Positions 14,521 to 27,892 of a stretch of DNA of 64,000 nt are shown piece after piece. The stretch lies in NCBI RefSeq assembly GCF_009834535.1, contig NC_045697.1, positions 30,010,001 through 30,074,000 of the forward strand. Reading direction: 5' to 3'. This stretch comes from Camelus ferus. Taxonomy: Eukaryota. The stretch's first letter is position 1. Each line of letters starts with the position of its first letter. The notes beneath the pieces were generated by a model. It made no database searches. It had not been told where the DNA came from and was given only the letters and a program-made list of their open reading frames with translations. The translations under genes and the position numbers were made by a program.

Positions 14521-14944
14521 AAAACTTACTGAAGACATGTGGAGTACTAGTCAGTCACAGAGCTAATCCTAAAATAGTGAGTTAAACACATGGGTATGAA
14601 TTCATGCATGAGAACTCATGGCAGGGTGGGGAAGCAAGTTGTAGACTCTTAACATGTGTGCATGCTACCACCATCCTGGTTCAGGCAGTGCCGAGGGAGC
14701 ATGGCCCAGAGTCACACAGAAGACTTAATGGATGGTGGTATTTAAGCTATCTTTAGAATAGATGTCTTCAGAAACCAGAGTGAACTAGATTAATTCACAT
14801 CTCGTGAACTAGAATTTAACTAGTCTAAACATTATTTATAACCTATTGACATTTTTGGTTTGTGAATCATCTCAAGACTAATGAGGTTTATGTCTTTATA
14901 TGCTGTGTACATAAATTTATATATCAGGAGGCCTTGGGGTAAGT

Positions 14945-15150
14945 GGTGAAGGGCAGGGGATCTGAGATCAGACGGCCTGGATTTGATTAGCTGTGTGCCC
15001 TTGAGGAAGTTACATTACCTCTCTGTACTTCACTTTCTCATCTGGAAAATAAGAATAATAAGAATACGACCTCATAGGTTGTTTGGAGGACTAAGCTTTT
15101 AATACATATAAGTTGCTTAGAATAGAGTCTGGCACCAAATAAGCACTCAG
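14945..15150 (+). mobile_element. MIR SINE
   Basis: tcagacggcctggatttgattagctgtgtgcccttgaggaagttac...acctcataggttgtt. Confidence 0.8.
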
Positions 15151-15259
15151 CAAGCCAAGGCTAAGGATGAGAATGAGAATAAAGATGATATTTATAATTA
15201 ATTTATGATTACCACCATCATCTATATTGTCATTTTTGAGAGATGCAAGGATCTCTCTA

Positions 15260-15620
15260 TGGGCTTTTGAGTCAGACTGCCATGCCTCTTAGCTTTGTCG
15301 TGCACACACTGTGTAACCTTGGGAAGCTACTCAACTTTTCTTGCGGTAAAATATCCATAACACAGAATTTACTGTCTTAACCATTTTTAAGTGTAGCATT
15401 GAGTACATTCACATTGTTGTGCAACCATCACTACCATTCATGTCCAGCACTCTGATTATCATCCCAGACTGAAACACTATACATCTTAAACAGTGAACTC
15501 AACTGAACTTATTTTCAACATCATCTTTCCCCACACCTGTTCAAGGAGACATACTTAGAGCTGGTTGCTAGAATTAAAGAGGTTATAATTTGCAAAGTCC
15601 CAGACACCTTATAGGGTCAC
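15260..15620. mobile_element. MIR (+) interrupted by an L1 3' end (-, ~15340-15495)
   Basis: ggcttttgagtcagactg...taaccttgggaagctactcaac then ggtaaaatatccataacacagaatttactgtcttaaccatttttaagtgta. Confidence 0.65.
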
Positions 15621-16829
15621 CATACCTTTTGTCCTTTGGTTCCAGCCCCATTGAAGTACCTTCAAGACCCTGAGTGTATAGGCGAGGGTCCTTTGCAGCC
15701 AATTGGTGACCTCTACATTTCTATGCTCACTCCCCACCCTGTGATTTTTATTTCCTCAGATACCTTGTTTTGTGAACACAAACGGCATATGCAATGTGTT
15801 AACTCTTTTCAGTTGCCAAGAATGTGCTAGGTGCTATTTGCGAGAGATAATTTGCCCATTAGATTTATTGTATAAATTAAGCCAAACACTAACTTGGAAA
15901 GAGGAAGCCAGTATCTGTAGAAAATTTATTATGTCGAATATCTTTTTTTTTAAAACGTTCCTTGAAGATGAAATGTGGTTTCCACTTGTGCACGGTTACA
16001 AAGTCAAGAATCCAGAGTTATTTGAAGACAAAACTTTTCTCCACACCTTTTTTGAATTACATAGGAAAAAATTTGGAATAGTAAAGGCGGCCCCAACTTG
16101 GATTAAGAACCTGATAAACTTGAAAGAATAAAAGGAGTGGCAGTGATGTTTTCACCAGATTTCTCTTTTTTGCTTCAAATTCCTACTCTGCATACCTCTT
16201 CTTCCTTTTCACATATGTTTTAATATCAGCAGAACATTTTAGGTGAACTTTTCTCCAGCCCCCCAACCCCCCAAAAAAACTGCTTCAGGCCACGGTGTAT
16301 TTTGACGAGTGCAAAGGTTGATTTTGGTTTTTTACCTTATGGTATTTCCTTTCTTGCTGACTTTTTCGCCTTCTCAGCGGAGGGGTTGTGACCTCTGAAC
16401 ATGATAGGGGTAATGGTATTCGGCTCTATCGATGTGGCTCCTGCCCTGCACACTCATTTGCCCTCCGAAAGCCTGTTTCTTTTTCTAATGTCATCCACAT
16501 GTCTGACCTAGACTATGAGATACTTTGTTCCTGGGGTCACCCCTAACTAGTAAATCCTCGTCTTAACTCGCAGCCCTATAAAGGCAAATGTGAAGTGCAT
16601 CCTTGCAGTGAAGCTTGAAGGGTGCAGAGGCGAAGCAGTCCCTGGCTGTTTGACTGCTGTAAGCCTGGCACGCCTTGGGGATTGGCATTGCCAGCGTAGG
16701 ACCTGCTGGGATGGTCTGTCCAAAGGTGGACAGTTTCAGATTATGGGCTACAACCTAAGCGTGATGGCGGTTTCACTCTTATTTGCGTGTGATGTCAAAG
16801 TACAAACCATGTGTCAGTAGTTCATCTGG

Positions 16830-17065
16830 CTCAGCATTTCTTAAACTATGTTTTGTGAGATGTTGAAAGATGTATGGTGACAAAATGGTTTTGAAGTCCC
16901 TACGTTTAGGAAATGCTGAGTTAAAATTAAAAGAGTTTCTTAGTAAGGAATTGCTTAGAACTCTTAATCTAAGCATTATGAGCTCTATTTTATGCAGCGT
17001 TTTCCAAGCTTTATTTGATCCAGAGCCCCTAGGACAAATACTCCAGGGCAAGGATTCTCACACTA
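16830..17065. mobile_element. hAT-Charlie MER-type remnant
   Basis: cagcatttcttaaactatgtt ... gtttaggaaatgctg inverted ends and a second cagcgttttccaagc. Confidence 0.45.
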
Positions 17066-17100
17066 TTGTGATAGAGAACAAGGTTTATTGTTGTCGGGTT

Positions 17101-17890
17101 TTCTTTTTTTTTTTTTTTTTGCAATTTTTATTGTAAAATATACGTAACATTAAATTTACCATTCTAACCATTTTTAGGTGTGTACAATTGAGTGGTATTA
17201 AATAAGTACATTAACACTGTTGTTGCAAACATCACCATGAACCATTTTCAGAATTTTTTCATCATTCCAAACGGGAACTCTCTCCCTGTTAAACAATATC
17301 TCTCCATTCCTCAGAGCCCCGCCCCTAGTAACCTCCGTTATATTTTCTGTCTCTACGAATTTTCCTGTTCTAGGTACCTCATATAAGTGGAATCATGTAG
17401 TATCTGTTTTGTGATGTCTGGCTTATTTCACGTGGCATAATGTCTTCAGGGTTCATCCATGTTGCACAACATGTCAGAATTTCCTTCCTTTTTAAGGGTG
17501 AATAATGTTCCATTATATGCATATTCCACCCTTTGTTTATCCATTCATTTGCTTTTGGATAAATGGTCTGGTTTGTTTCCACCTTTTGGCTTTTGTGAAA
17601 TGAACATTGGTGTACAAGTACCCGTTCTGAGTCCTGCTTTTCAGTTCTTTCAGGTACATACCTAGAAGTGGAATTGCTGGATCGTGTTGTAATTCTGTGT
17701 TTAACTTCTTAAGCCACTGCCAAGCTATTTTCCACAGAAGCTACACTATTTTATATTCCCACTAGAAATGCATAAGGGTTCCAGTTTCTCCACGTCCTTG
17801 CCAACACTTTCTCTGTGTGTGTGTATGTTTTTTAAATTAGTGATTCTACTTGGTGTAAAATGGTATCTTGTGGTTTTGATTTGCATTTTG
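17101..17890 (-). mobile_element. L1MB-like 3' end with poly(A) tail (poly-T on +)
   Basis: T run then ttattgtaaaatatacgtaacattaaatttaccatt...atacctagaagtggaattgctggatc; ORF 17379..17582(-) resembles the L1 ORF2 end/3' UTR. Confidence 0.9.
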
Positions 17891-18919
17891 TTGTTGCTGA
17901 TTGTTTAATGTGTGATCCAATTTGGGCTGATATGTGATCCTCGAGCCATTAACTACACAGTTCACATGGTGTTCAAGTTGGACAGCATCCAAAATGGTGT
18001 GTACCCTGTGCAATGAAATGTGCCCATCAGTCACACCCTTGGATGTGTTTGGAATGCCAAATGGTTATAAAAGTTTCTAAATACTCTTTTCCAATTCTGC
18101 ATTTATCTCATCATTAGCCAGTACCAAACCCACAGCAGTCCACAGATCACAGTTCAACTATCACTGCTGTGATAAATGCTAAAGTCATATTACATGTCAA
18201 ATATATGGGTACTGTTTAAGGAAGTATGATGGATGGTTTAAGCAGTTTTACTTTAACATAACTGAAAGCTATTTTTCATTCAACATTCCCAGGTACAATT
18301 CCTAAATTATACTGGAAAACAATCTGGCAAGATCACATAATAATGCTGTTTTGGGTGGGGAGGGATAGTTCGGTCATCTTTTGGAGGGATGGAGGCCTTG
18401 GAATCTAGACAGTTCCCCTGATAGGCTGGCGTCCCAGCTCTCCTGAGTTAGCACTATGGTGTCGACCCTCAGGTAGGCTTGAATGTCAGGTCCTTGAGAG
18501 GAGAAGTAGCTGCTGTGTAGACAATCATGAGTCTGGAATCCAGAAAGAGATAAAATCAAGGTGCTGGAGCTTTGGGAGTTGGGCCCTCTGTTTCTGTAGG
18601 TTTCCCTGGGGAAGAAGAACTAGGCTCCAACTGCTGTCCTGGCAAGAGATTGTGCTTGGAAAAGCTCTTCCCACAGAATTAGTTAAGTAACTTAGGCTGG
18701 CTTCATTCAGTGGTTGGTCTTTGGCATCAAGCCTGTTAACTTCAGGAAACTGAGGCAGCACTGCTGCTTAGCTCAGGGACTCTTTCAAAAGAACATCTTT
18801 AAAGGAAAGTGAAATTTGATCCGTTCTATATAGAATGCTAAAGATGGTAGTGATGATTCTGTGTTCTACGCTTTAAGAACTTTGAGAGAAAAATCCACAT
18901 CTGGTCCACTTTTGTGCAG

Positions 18920-19435
18920 GTGGCCAGTGTTGCAAGTTTTGTCTGCCCTGAACCCCTCTCCTGGGAATTGCATTCTCCTTTTGGAAACGGCTCTGGCCCC
19001 TACTCCTCCCATCGCCACCGTTGATTAAAACAATTCTTGGCCTCCTTTACCCTGTTCTGTTAGTCACTGTGGGAGGGTCAGGCCAATAAGGGTCTTTTCC
19101 TTTTCCTGGGATCTTTTTCAAACTGCAAGGGGAAAAGAGAGTCCTCTCGGGGTGACAACCTTCATGTGTGAGATTGGGAACCTGGGAACCTGGGGACCCA
19201 CGTGGAGGAAAGCTGTGTGTAGTGAAAGCGAATAAGCCAACGTACAGAGTGAGCAGACAGCAGGTGACGGAATTCCTGGTTCCAAACACATGAGGCCCTG
19301 GTTTCCAGTTGTTTCAAAGGGTCAGCTGCCCGCTTACTCCCTTGTGGCTGGGATGCACTGGGCTCTGTAATCCAATCAACCTGTGTCCATCTGGGCCTCT
19401 CTCACCTGCAAATAGAAGTCCCAGCTCCTATCATG
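18920..19435. mobile_element. MLT1-like MaLR LTR remnant
   Basis: Phrases such as ggtcaggccaataagggtcttttccttttcctgggatct and cctggtttccagttgtt resemble old MLT1 LTRs. Confidence 0.4.
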
Positions 19436-21879
19436 ACCCCTTCCTGCCCAAAGCACTTAGCACATTGCCTTTCATACTATAAACATGCAATTAATATCTT
19501 TCAATAAATAGAAAACTTAAGCTAAAGATAATAGAACCTCCCTGCTGGCTCTTTGATCTTCACTCTGACACAGATTCCCGTTTTGCTCCCATTACTGAAA
19601 ACATGTTAACAGGTGGTTTTCAAATGCCTTAAAATATTCAACTTTATATTCTTTTTTTTAAAAAAGTGTTTAGATACAGAACTTGGGATGGGTGATGTGA
19701 AGGGATTTAATTTAACTCTTTCTGTTGATGGAGACAGTGAGAACACGGCAGAGAGATTAGAAAGCAGAGGAGCCTTGTAAAACCCTATGCAAGGATGGGG
19801 AGAAAGGCTGACCGGGGACACAGGAAGGATTACCACGTGGGTGCAAGCGGCCCGTGGAGGCGGGAGCTTGTAAATGTGTAGCAGCTCCAGACCCAATAAA
19901 GCGCCATTATTTCCAGTAGCACCAGGAGCAGAGCATTAGGGGTTTAGGGTGATCAGTAAATCCTACTCCTTGCTTCCCCTCCCAGCTGAGACATAAACAC
20001 GGGAGTCAGACAGAGATCAAATTGTCAGCTTTACTTCTCATGAAACAAATAGGAGACCTTGGGTTTAGAGCTACAGCCAAGTGGGTTTTCTAATCCTCAC
20101 TCCTGAATTCAACAAATTCTTCCACCCATTGCTGGCACGGCTGGACAACCACAGGCCTCCCCGGCAGAGAGGCCCCCTACCACACGGCAGGGACAGACCG
20201 GACGCATGTGTCCTACAGACAGGCTGTTGTCCACAGAGAGGAATTCTCAAACTGGCTGAGCTGAGCCTGCCCCGTTGCCTCTCCCAAGTCAACCTTGGGG
20301 AGGAAGAGTGCGGGGCTCGGCGTATCATTCCTCCATGAAGAAACAGGAAGAGTGGGCGTACCTGATCCCTCCTAAGTACAGACAAGAGGTGGTTGGCTTG
20401 GCCGCCAAGGCTCATTTCTGAGGCTCACTGTTCCACCTCTATTTCCTTTTCCTGATTCTTTCTCCCTAATGGATAGGCAGGAGTGGAATGCTGAAGATGC
20501 CAGCAGAGGAGCATGTCACACTGGTCTGGACTGGATCAGGAAGGAGATAAGCCGTGGAGTAGAGGGAAGTGGACTGAGCGAAAAGAGCAGAGTCTGGAGA
20601 TGAAAGAGCAGGTGTTAGAGGAGACAAGTGAGAAACCTGGGTTGAGGGGGAGGTGGTCCTCAGGCCAAGGATTAGGTGTTGGCGTTTATGATTCCACAGG
20701 GCAGGTGTGGGTGATGGTCCTGAAATGGCTGTGTAAGCAAAAACTACTGGAATTGAGGAAATCGAAGAACTGAAAAGCCAAGCTGTTGAACAGGTTGCTG
20801 TGTAGAATCTAAATCACCTGGACTGTTGACTGTAGTGAATGGCGCGCCTGTGCTGGGGTCCTCCACCCACAGCGAGTAGGATGGGAGGTCACGGTGGGGA
20901 AGAACTGATGGCTCAGACCTCGCACGCGATGAGGATCGCCCGTGAGGGTGATGGCATCAGTGGTCTGGGAGGGCAAGGGAGCTCTGAAACAAGCCGGGTG
21001 CCGCGTCCTCCTGACCTGCGGCTTTCCTAGAGAAGCAACCAGATGATCTTCCTTTGACCCGCCGTACCTTTTCTCATAATCTCTTCTCTGCAACACTTCC
21101 CAGGGTGTCTCTTTGTGTTTTTCCTCCATTGTTTTTATTCTACACTGCCTTCTTAACTTCCTGCAATCTGGTTTTTATCCTGTTGTTCCACAGAGAAGTT
21201 GTCCCCAAAGTCAATCATGTCCTTCTAATCAGAAAATTCTATTCATTGATGACTTACTAGTTTTATCCTAATGATAGAAATAAGTATCAAGTGGAAAACA
21301 TCTATTGTGCCAAACACTGTTCTTTTCCTAAGCACTTTACCTACATTTTCTTAGCTCCACAACAGCCCTATGACATGAGTAGCCTCATTTTTATGGTGAA
21401 TGAACATTCATTCATTCCATGTGTATTTCTTGAAGGTTTACTTATGATACATGAGAGATCATTCTAGATAGTATCTAGGTGAGAACAAGAGAGTGCTGAG
21501 GCCCTGGCAGGGATCTACTTGGTTTGGTTGAAGACCAGCAGGAGCTGTGCCTGGCTGCGGGGAGAGGGAGTGAGGTGGGGTGGCTTTGCCAGGCAGTGGC
21601 ACCAGCTCCTGTCGGGCCATTAGGCCACTGTAAGGACTTGGGCTTTAGAGGAGAAAACTGAGGTGGAGACCACGTAGGCAGCTTGCCCCAGGTTGTTCAG
21701 CGGCTAAGTGGAGGAGCTGGGGTCCTTCCTAGATGTGACGCTGCCGCATTGGGCACTGGGCCCAAGTGCTCCCTGCATAGTGCTCTTGGTTCCTCCCGTC
21801 AGTCTTGTCTGGATCTTTTCCTGCTCTCATCTGCTTCTCCTCAGGCACAGGGGGTTCCTCCACCTCTAACCATCCTTTA

Positions 21880-22530
21880 AACATCGGTGTTCGGGGTGGC
21901 CCTGTTTTAGTCTTCTGCTGTGTCCTCACCCCAGTGACTTCCAATCCTGCATGTTCTGCTGGGGCCTCACTTCTGAGCTGTAGACCCAAATATAAGCTCC
22001 CAGTGAGCTGTAGCTTTGAATATGGAATATTCCAAGCTTACTTCATTATTTCCACTTCTCACACATCTCCCCTCCCTCCATTCTTTAAGATCGTCTCAGT
22101 GGCTAAGAAACTCCGCGTCACCCCAACCCCCTCTCCTCGTCCTCATCCTCTGCTCAAACAATCCGCTCAAGTGCCAAGCCAAGGAGGGGTGCTCACGTCC
22201 TTGCCCTTGTCTGCCCCTGCTGCTTCTGGATGAGCTCAGGCTTCCACATCCCTCCCCGAGCTCTTGTCCTTCTCTCATCCTCAGACCCTCTCCTCCACCC
22301 AGTGGATCTCTTCTGCTGCCACCCAACGTGTTCTCCTAAAGTAAAGGTCGGATCCAGGACTCTTCCCACCCTCATCAGCTGGCCTGGATTCCACACTGCC
22401 TAGAGGACAGTCCTTCCCAAGTCTCTCACAGCTCTGTCGAGCGTGCCTCTCATAACTTTCTTCCCCTCCCAGCCTTTCATTCTCTCCCTGCAGCCCGCTG
22501 TGCTTCTGCTCACTTCCCATCCATAAATTT
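21880..22530 (+). mobile_element. Degenerate L2 fragment
   Basis: Pyrimidine-rich; ggggcctcacttctgagctgtagacccaaata, ctaagaaactccgcgtcacccc, aatccgctcaagtgccaag. Confidence 0.5.
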
Positions 22531-22914
22531 TTTTCTTCTCCTTCAGGCAGCCACCTTCTGGGTCAAACTTCCCCAGAACTCCCCCAGGCAGAGTGAGTGG
22601 CTCTTGCCTCTCAGTGGAAGGCCTAGTATCCTCATTAAGTGCTCCTGGCAAATCCAAATGCACTGAAAGTCAGGTGAGTGCTGACTGTCGCTGGACATCC
22701 GCCAATTCCTGGAGCCAGGCTAGAACCCATGCAGGTTAGGAGAGCAGCGGTGCACACACGGCAGATACAGGAAATCCCCGAATTCTGTTCATTGTGGGGC
22801 ATGTTCCTAGAGATATTTTGATAATGTCTTCCTTAAGTTCTGAATTTCAAAATTGCACTTCTGTTAAAGGGAGTTTGTTTGCTTCACATGCAGGAAACCT
22901 AACAAAAACCATTA

Positions 22915-22934
22915 AAAAAAAAAAAAAAAAAAAA
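22915..22934. repeat. Poly(A) tract, 20 nt
   Basis: Uninterrupted A run. Confidence 0.9.
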
Positions 22935-24149
22935 GCCTGACAGCTAGAAGAGAAAAGTCACATTGGTGTTAGTTACTGATTTTCCAAAGAGGTCCAGGTC
23001 TTCTCTGCTGCACTCGCAGATCTTTCTGAGATATCCTAATCCTTATAAAAATTTTTGAAAGCAAATATTTATTATAGAAAATATATTAAAATAGTAAGTT
23101 CACCATATGCAGTCTTAGTTTACATGTTGATATCTCAACCTAGTCTTTTAAAGAAATTGAAGATTATACGGATGCTTTGTATCTATTGCATTTTAAATAC
23201 CTGGCAGTATAGGTATCTGGGTTCATTGGAAACTCAAATGAGCCCCAAATGAGCATTACCTTCATTTTCTGTGAACTCCAAATCCATCATCATGTTGCCT
23301 TTTCCCTATGGGCTGTAAGGGAAGTAAACCAAGGAGATTGGACAGAGCAGGGGGCTTCTCACTACCTGCCTGGTTTCCCTAGAGAACCACTGAGTACCAT
23401 CCTCCGAGCCAGAGAGCTGCACGCTGCTTCACAGTGGCCCAGGGAAGGAGATGAGCCACTTTCTAGTGGGAAATGACAGCTAAGGGAAAGGTAGCAAGAA
23501 GGTCCATGCGTGTCCTCTGAAGACAGGAGAGAAAGACCTGGGTGAGACACTGAAGTGTCTCAGGGGGCTCTCAGGAATGAATTGCTGACCCCTCCCCTCT
23601 CACTCCTGCCCGTCCTTCCCAAGGTGCTGCCTTGGGCTTAGGAAGCCTTTTCTATGTTCTCTGGAACCTTCCATCCGCTAGAGCCTAGAGCATGTGCCTG
23701 GTCTGAATGTACTTTCCCACTGAAGCGTTGTTCTGCTGAGTGGTTAGGTTCTGTAGTGTAGTTAGGACTCCTCTTTGGGTACATTTTGGATTAAGTTAGC
23801 TTTTCTGGCCCAAACTGAGGACCACCATGCAAAGATTATTTCTGTGAGATAATTACAAATGATGACTTACAAGCCACCATCTTACAAAAGAGCTTTTGAT
23901 ACATAGCTTGCACCTAAGTTTGAAGCAGCCTGTATAAAAGTGTCAAGCTGGCGATTCCTATCATTAGCTAAACAGCAATAATTGCAATTACCTTTTTTTT
24001 TTAACCATCTCCCATGTAACTGGCAAGGGCTATAAATACACACCGTGTCTGTTTTTTACGGGTGTAATGGATGAAGAAACTGTTCTTCATTTCATCCTCT
24101 GCGGTCTCTTTTTGACTTGAGTTGACAGTAATGTCAATAATAATGCATA

Positions 24150-24370
24150 ACTCCTATATGAGTGCCCAGAAGGTGCCAGACCCTAGGCTGTGTTCTTAGT
24201 ATATAGTTTCTGTAATGCTGACATCCCTATAAGGTTGGTGGCATCCCCCACCTCACAGATTAGAGATTCCAGAATCGGAAAGGTTAGGAAACATGCCCCA
24301 GGCCACATAGCTAATAAGCAGGTAAGGTTGGGATTCTAAACGGAGTCCTCCTGACTCCAAAGCTTTTGCA
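24150..24370 (-). mobile_element. MIR SINE
   Basis: ccccacctcacagat...gaaaggttagg...catgccccaggccacatagctaataag...ctgactccaaagc. Confidence 0.75.
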
Positions 24371-25285
24371 CTGTGTTCCGTGATAGAGTTGTTCTTCTCT
24401 CATTTTCATTGTTTGATTAGACATTTTTTCATAAACAGACCTCTGTTTATGTGTATCTTGAACAAATCCATATATTTGATAGATGGTGAAGTTGAATCCT
24501 GGAGATAAGATACTTCTGTTGTAAGTCCTTATTATTTCATCTACTGGAATGTCAACTCCATGAGGATGGGAAATTTTTGTTGTTGTTTTTCATTCTTATA
24601 AGTGCCTAGAATATAGTACTTAATTTATTTTCGATATTTAGTGAGCACCTACTACATGCCAGGGCCCCTGCTACCCCCTGGCGGTAGAGACCATCCTGGG
24701 CCTGCCTTCACCTTGCCTTCGGAGGAGAAGGAAGTGGAGAAAAGTACAAGGTCTTCTTCAAAGAAGAGGCCCCAGCCGGGGAGGGCAAAAAGCGCAGGCC
24801 TCCACCCCACGCCCCTGGGGAGTGTTTTCATACAGAGGGCAGGCCCACAGATGAGTGAAATGGGAAGCCACTGGGCCAAGAACAAGGAAGACTAAATGCA
24901 TAGTAGTTACATAAACAGCAGTATAAATCTATATATTAATACTAGTCAAGAACAAAGTGGACTCTTTTAGGAACTTTATGTTCCGCACCTGTGTTGCATT
25001 GAGACTCATGTTACAGCACTTTCCCGAGAGCCAGAAATGGTAACTTTCCATCGGTAGCACTTGAGCATTGACCTCCAGGACTTTGCAGTGGTTGTCTCTG
25101 AGGTGGCCATTATTTTTCCCTTGAATTGATGAAACTGGTTTTGCAAGTGAAGCCACAACCCTATGGAGTTGAGTACACTTTTACAAATTTAAAAACCTTT
25201 TCTCCAGACTTGGGGGAGAAATTTCAAGTGTACATAAAAGTTAAAAAAGAAAAAAAGGCACAGTGAACACCTGAGTAACCTGGAA

Positions 25286-25502
25286 CAGGGCCAGTGGACT
25301 GCATGCAGCCTGTGGGCCCAATCCAGCCCAACGCCTGCTTTGGTAAATAAACTGAATAGAAATGCAGATCATTCCCATTTGTCTATGTATTTGTCTGGCT
25401 ACAATGACGGACAAAGCTGAGTCATTTTGATGGAGACCACCAGAGGCCCACAAAGCTATATTGACTATCTGGCCCTTTATAGCAAAAATTTGCCAACCTT
25501 TG
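25286..25502. mobile_element. MER58A-like hAT-Charlie element
   Basis: caggg...gcctgtgggcccaatccagccc...ggcccacaaagcta...tatctggccctttatagcaaaaatttgccaacctttg. Confidence 0.8.
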
Positions 25503-27169
25503 AGATCTAGATTCACTGATTGCTAATATTTTACTGTATCTGCTTTATCTCTTTCTCCATAACAGGCAGACATCATCCCCTCTCTGTCTTTTTCTCTCCT
25601 ACACGTGCACACGTACATATTTTTTCTTGAACCATTTGAAATTATGTTATAGTCACAACTTGTCCCTAAATAATTCATACGTTCCCTTAAAAATAAAGGC
25701 ATTCTCTCATATAATCACAATGCCATCATCATCATGCCTAAGAAAATTAACATTCAATTATATCATCCAACAACAATCCATATTTAAATTGGATTTTTAT
25801 AGCCTTATCTGCTTTCCTTTTTTTGGATCTAGGGTCCAATCAAAGGTCAGACGGTGCATTTGGTCATCATGCCTCTTCAATCTCCAACTTTTGTTTTATC
25901 ATGCATTGTCTTTTTTGAAGAGTCCTTTAAAAACTTCTTTTGAAGCCTAATTCTTAATGAGTTTGCAATACTACATTAGTAAGAGCTGAATAGAATAGTC
26001 ACTGTGGTGAATCAGTGTCTCCACTCCTTCTACCCCAGGATTGAGACGCTGTTGTGTTACTTGGCTTCTGAAGCTAAGACACTAAGACATTAGTCTTGCT
26101 TGGAATTGAAATGTGGAAAAAACTCAGTGTGAAGAGCAGGGCAGATGGGAATTTGCAAGATGCATCTTCTGTAATTAAAGGCACAGTCCTCCCGCCCGCT
26201 CCGGTCGCCACCCCTGTTAGCTCTTGGCTGGGGGCGGGGGGGCTCTTCCTTCTGGCTTTTCTCCTGACTGGGGTCTGGCTCCCCTCCAGCATCATCAGGT
26301 TGCAGCAAGGAGCTGAAAGGAGACCTGCAATTCTTTAAATCTCCTAGTCTAAACTGTCCAGCCTGGCTGGCAACACAGTGCTTCTGTGTTTGCAATCTGT
26401 GTGCTGAAGACAGCATGGCACTCAGGGGCGTACCCAGGAATGCACGTGGGGAGGGCACCTTCTTGTCTCTCTTGAGGATCTAAGGTGCCAGTCATGGGCT
26501 TCTTACGGAACCACACGGTGGTCACAGGTCTGCTCCTTTCATTTTGGTCCCAAATGATTCCTAGAGAGTTCCAGGACCCACCCTTTGCTTTCCTCTGGAC
26601 AAGAATCCCTCAGAGCTCAGAGGCCAACCAGAAAGATAGCTGCATGCCCTAGAAAGAACTCACCTGAACATCTACAAACCCCTGGAGGTGGGAGGGAAAA
26701 ATAGAGAAACTCCACAGAGAAACTGGATAATTTTAAAATGTGCAAAGTTACTGGAGGAGAGACTGGCTAGGGTGTGGATGACTTCAGACCATGAGCAGCT
26801 CACTGTCAGTCTACAGGAGGTCTTATGAATGGTGGCAATTGCCTATTGAAAACATCCAGGGGAACAGGAAAGAAAACCTTCTGGAATGGGCCACCCTCCA
26901 AGGGGGGAGACACTGTGCTATCTCCTCATTGGTCTCCCTGTCTCCTGTCTGGTTCCTCCCAGGTCCTTCCTGCACACTGTCTACCTCCCCCAGGTCTACC
27001 CCCAACAGTCTACTTATGCTGCAGATCTGGGCATTCATTCCTCAGATCCTTGCCCCTCAGTGACAACCACAGCCTGCCTTCCATGGCCTTCAAAGTCCCC
27101 ATGATCAGCCCCTGACTCCATAGCCTCATCTTTTTTGGTGCCAGCCTCAGATTTGAGGCTTGAGTTCTT

Positions 27170-27400
27170 CATAGATCCCATGTTGTTTTGAACTTCCATC
27201 CTTTGCTGGCTGTGTGGCCTTGGGCAAGATGCTTAATTGTTCTGTGCCTCACATTGCTCATCTGTAAAATGAGGATAAAAGTAGCACCTACCTCATAAGG
27301 CTGTGCAGGGATTAAATGAGTTAATATATGTAAAATTCTTGGAAGAATGCTTGGCGTGTAATAAAGGTGATATAAAGATTGGCAATTTATTGCTATTGCT
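27170..27400 (+). mobile_element. MIR SINE
   Basis: gctgtgtggccttgggcaag...ctcatctgtaaaatgaggataaaagtagcacctacctcataagg. Confidence 0.85.
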
Positions 27401-27417
27401 CTTGTTTTGAGCCTGGA

Positions 27418-27892
27418 TGTATTAATTTTTTTATTGCTGCATAATACAATCACTGTAAACTTAGCATCCTAACTCAACACCCATTAATTATCTCAGTTAT
27501 TATGGACATGGCATGACTGAGTTCTTTGCTCAGGGTCTCATAGTGCTGAAACTGAGGTGTTGGTGGGGGCTGAGGTCCTACCTGAGCTTCTTCCAAGCCT
27601 CTTCCAAGCTCATGTTGTTGTTGACAGAATGCATCTCCTTGAACCCATAGAACTCCTAGCCGGCAGGAACTCTGACTTTACTTTCTTTTAAAAGCTCCCC
27701 TGATTAGGTCAGGCCCAATCTGAGCATCTTTCTTTTGACCAGCTCAAAGCCAGCTGGTTAATCACATGATCACAGAGTGATATTCCATCACAGGCACAAG
27801 TTCTACTCACATGCAAGAGGAGGTGATTGTACAGGTTGTGTTCACAAGGTGGTGAGATTCTTGGGGGTCCTCTTAGAATCCTGCCTACACCC
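27418..27892 (-). mobile_element. MLT1 MaLR solo LTR
   Basis: tgtattaattttttattgctgcataa...ctcagggtctcat...ttaggtcaggccca...tcttagaatcctgcctaca. Confidence 0.8.
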
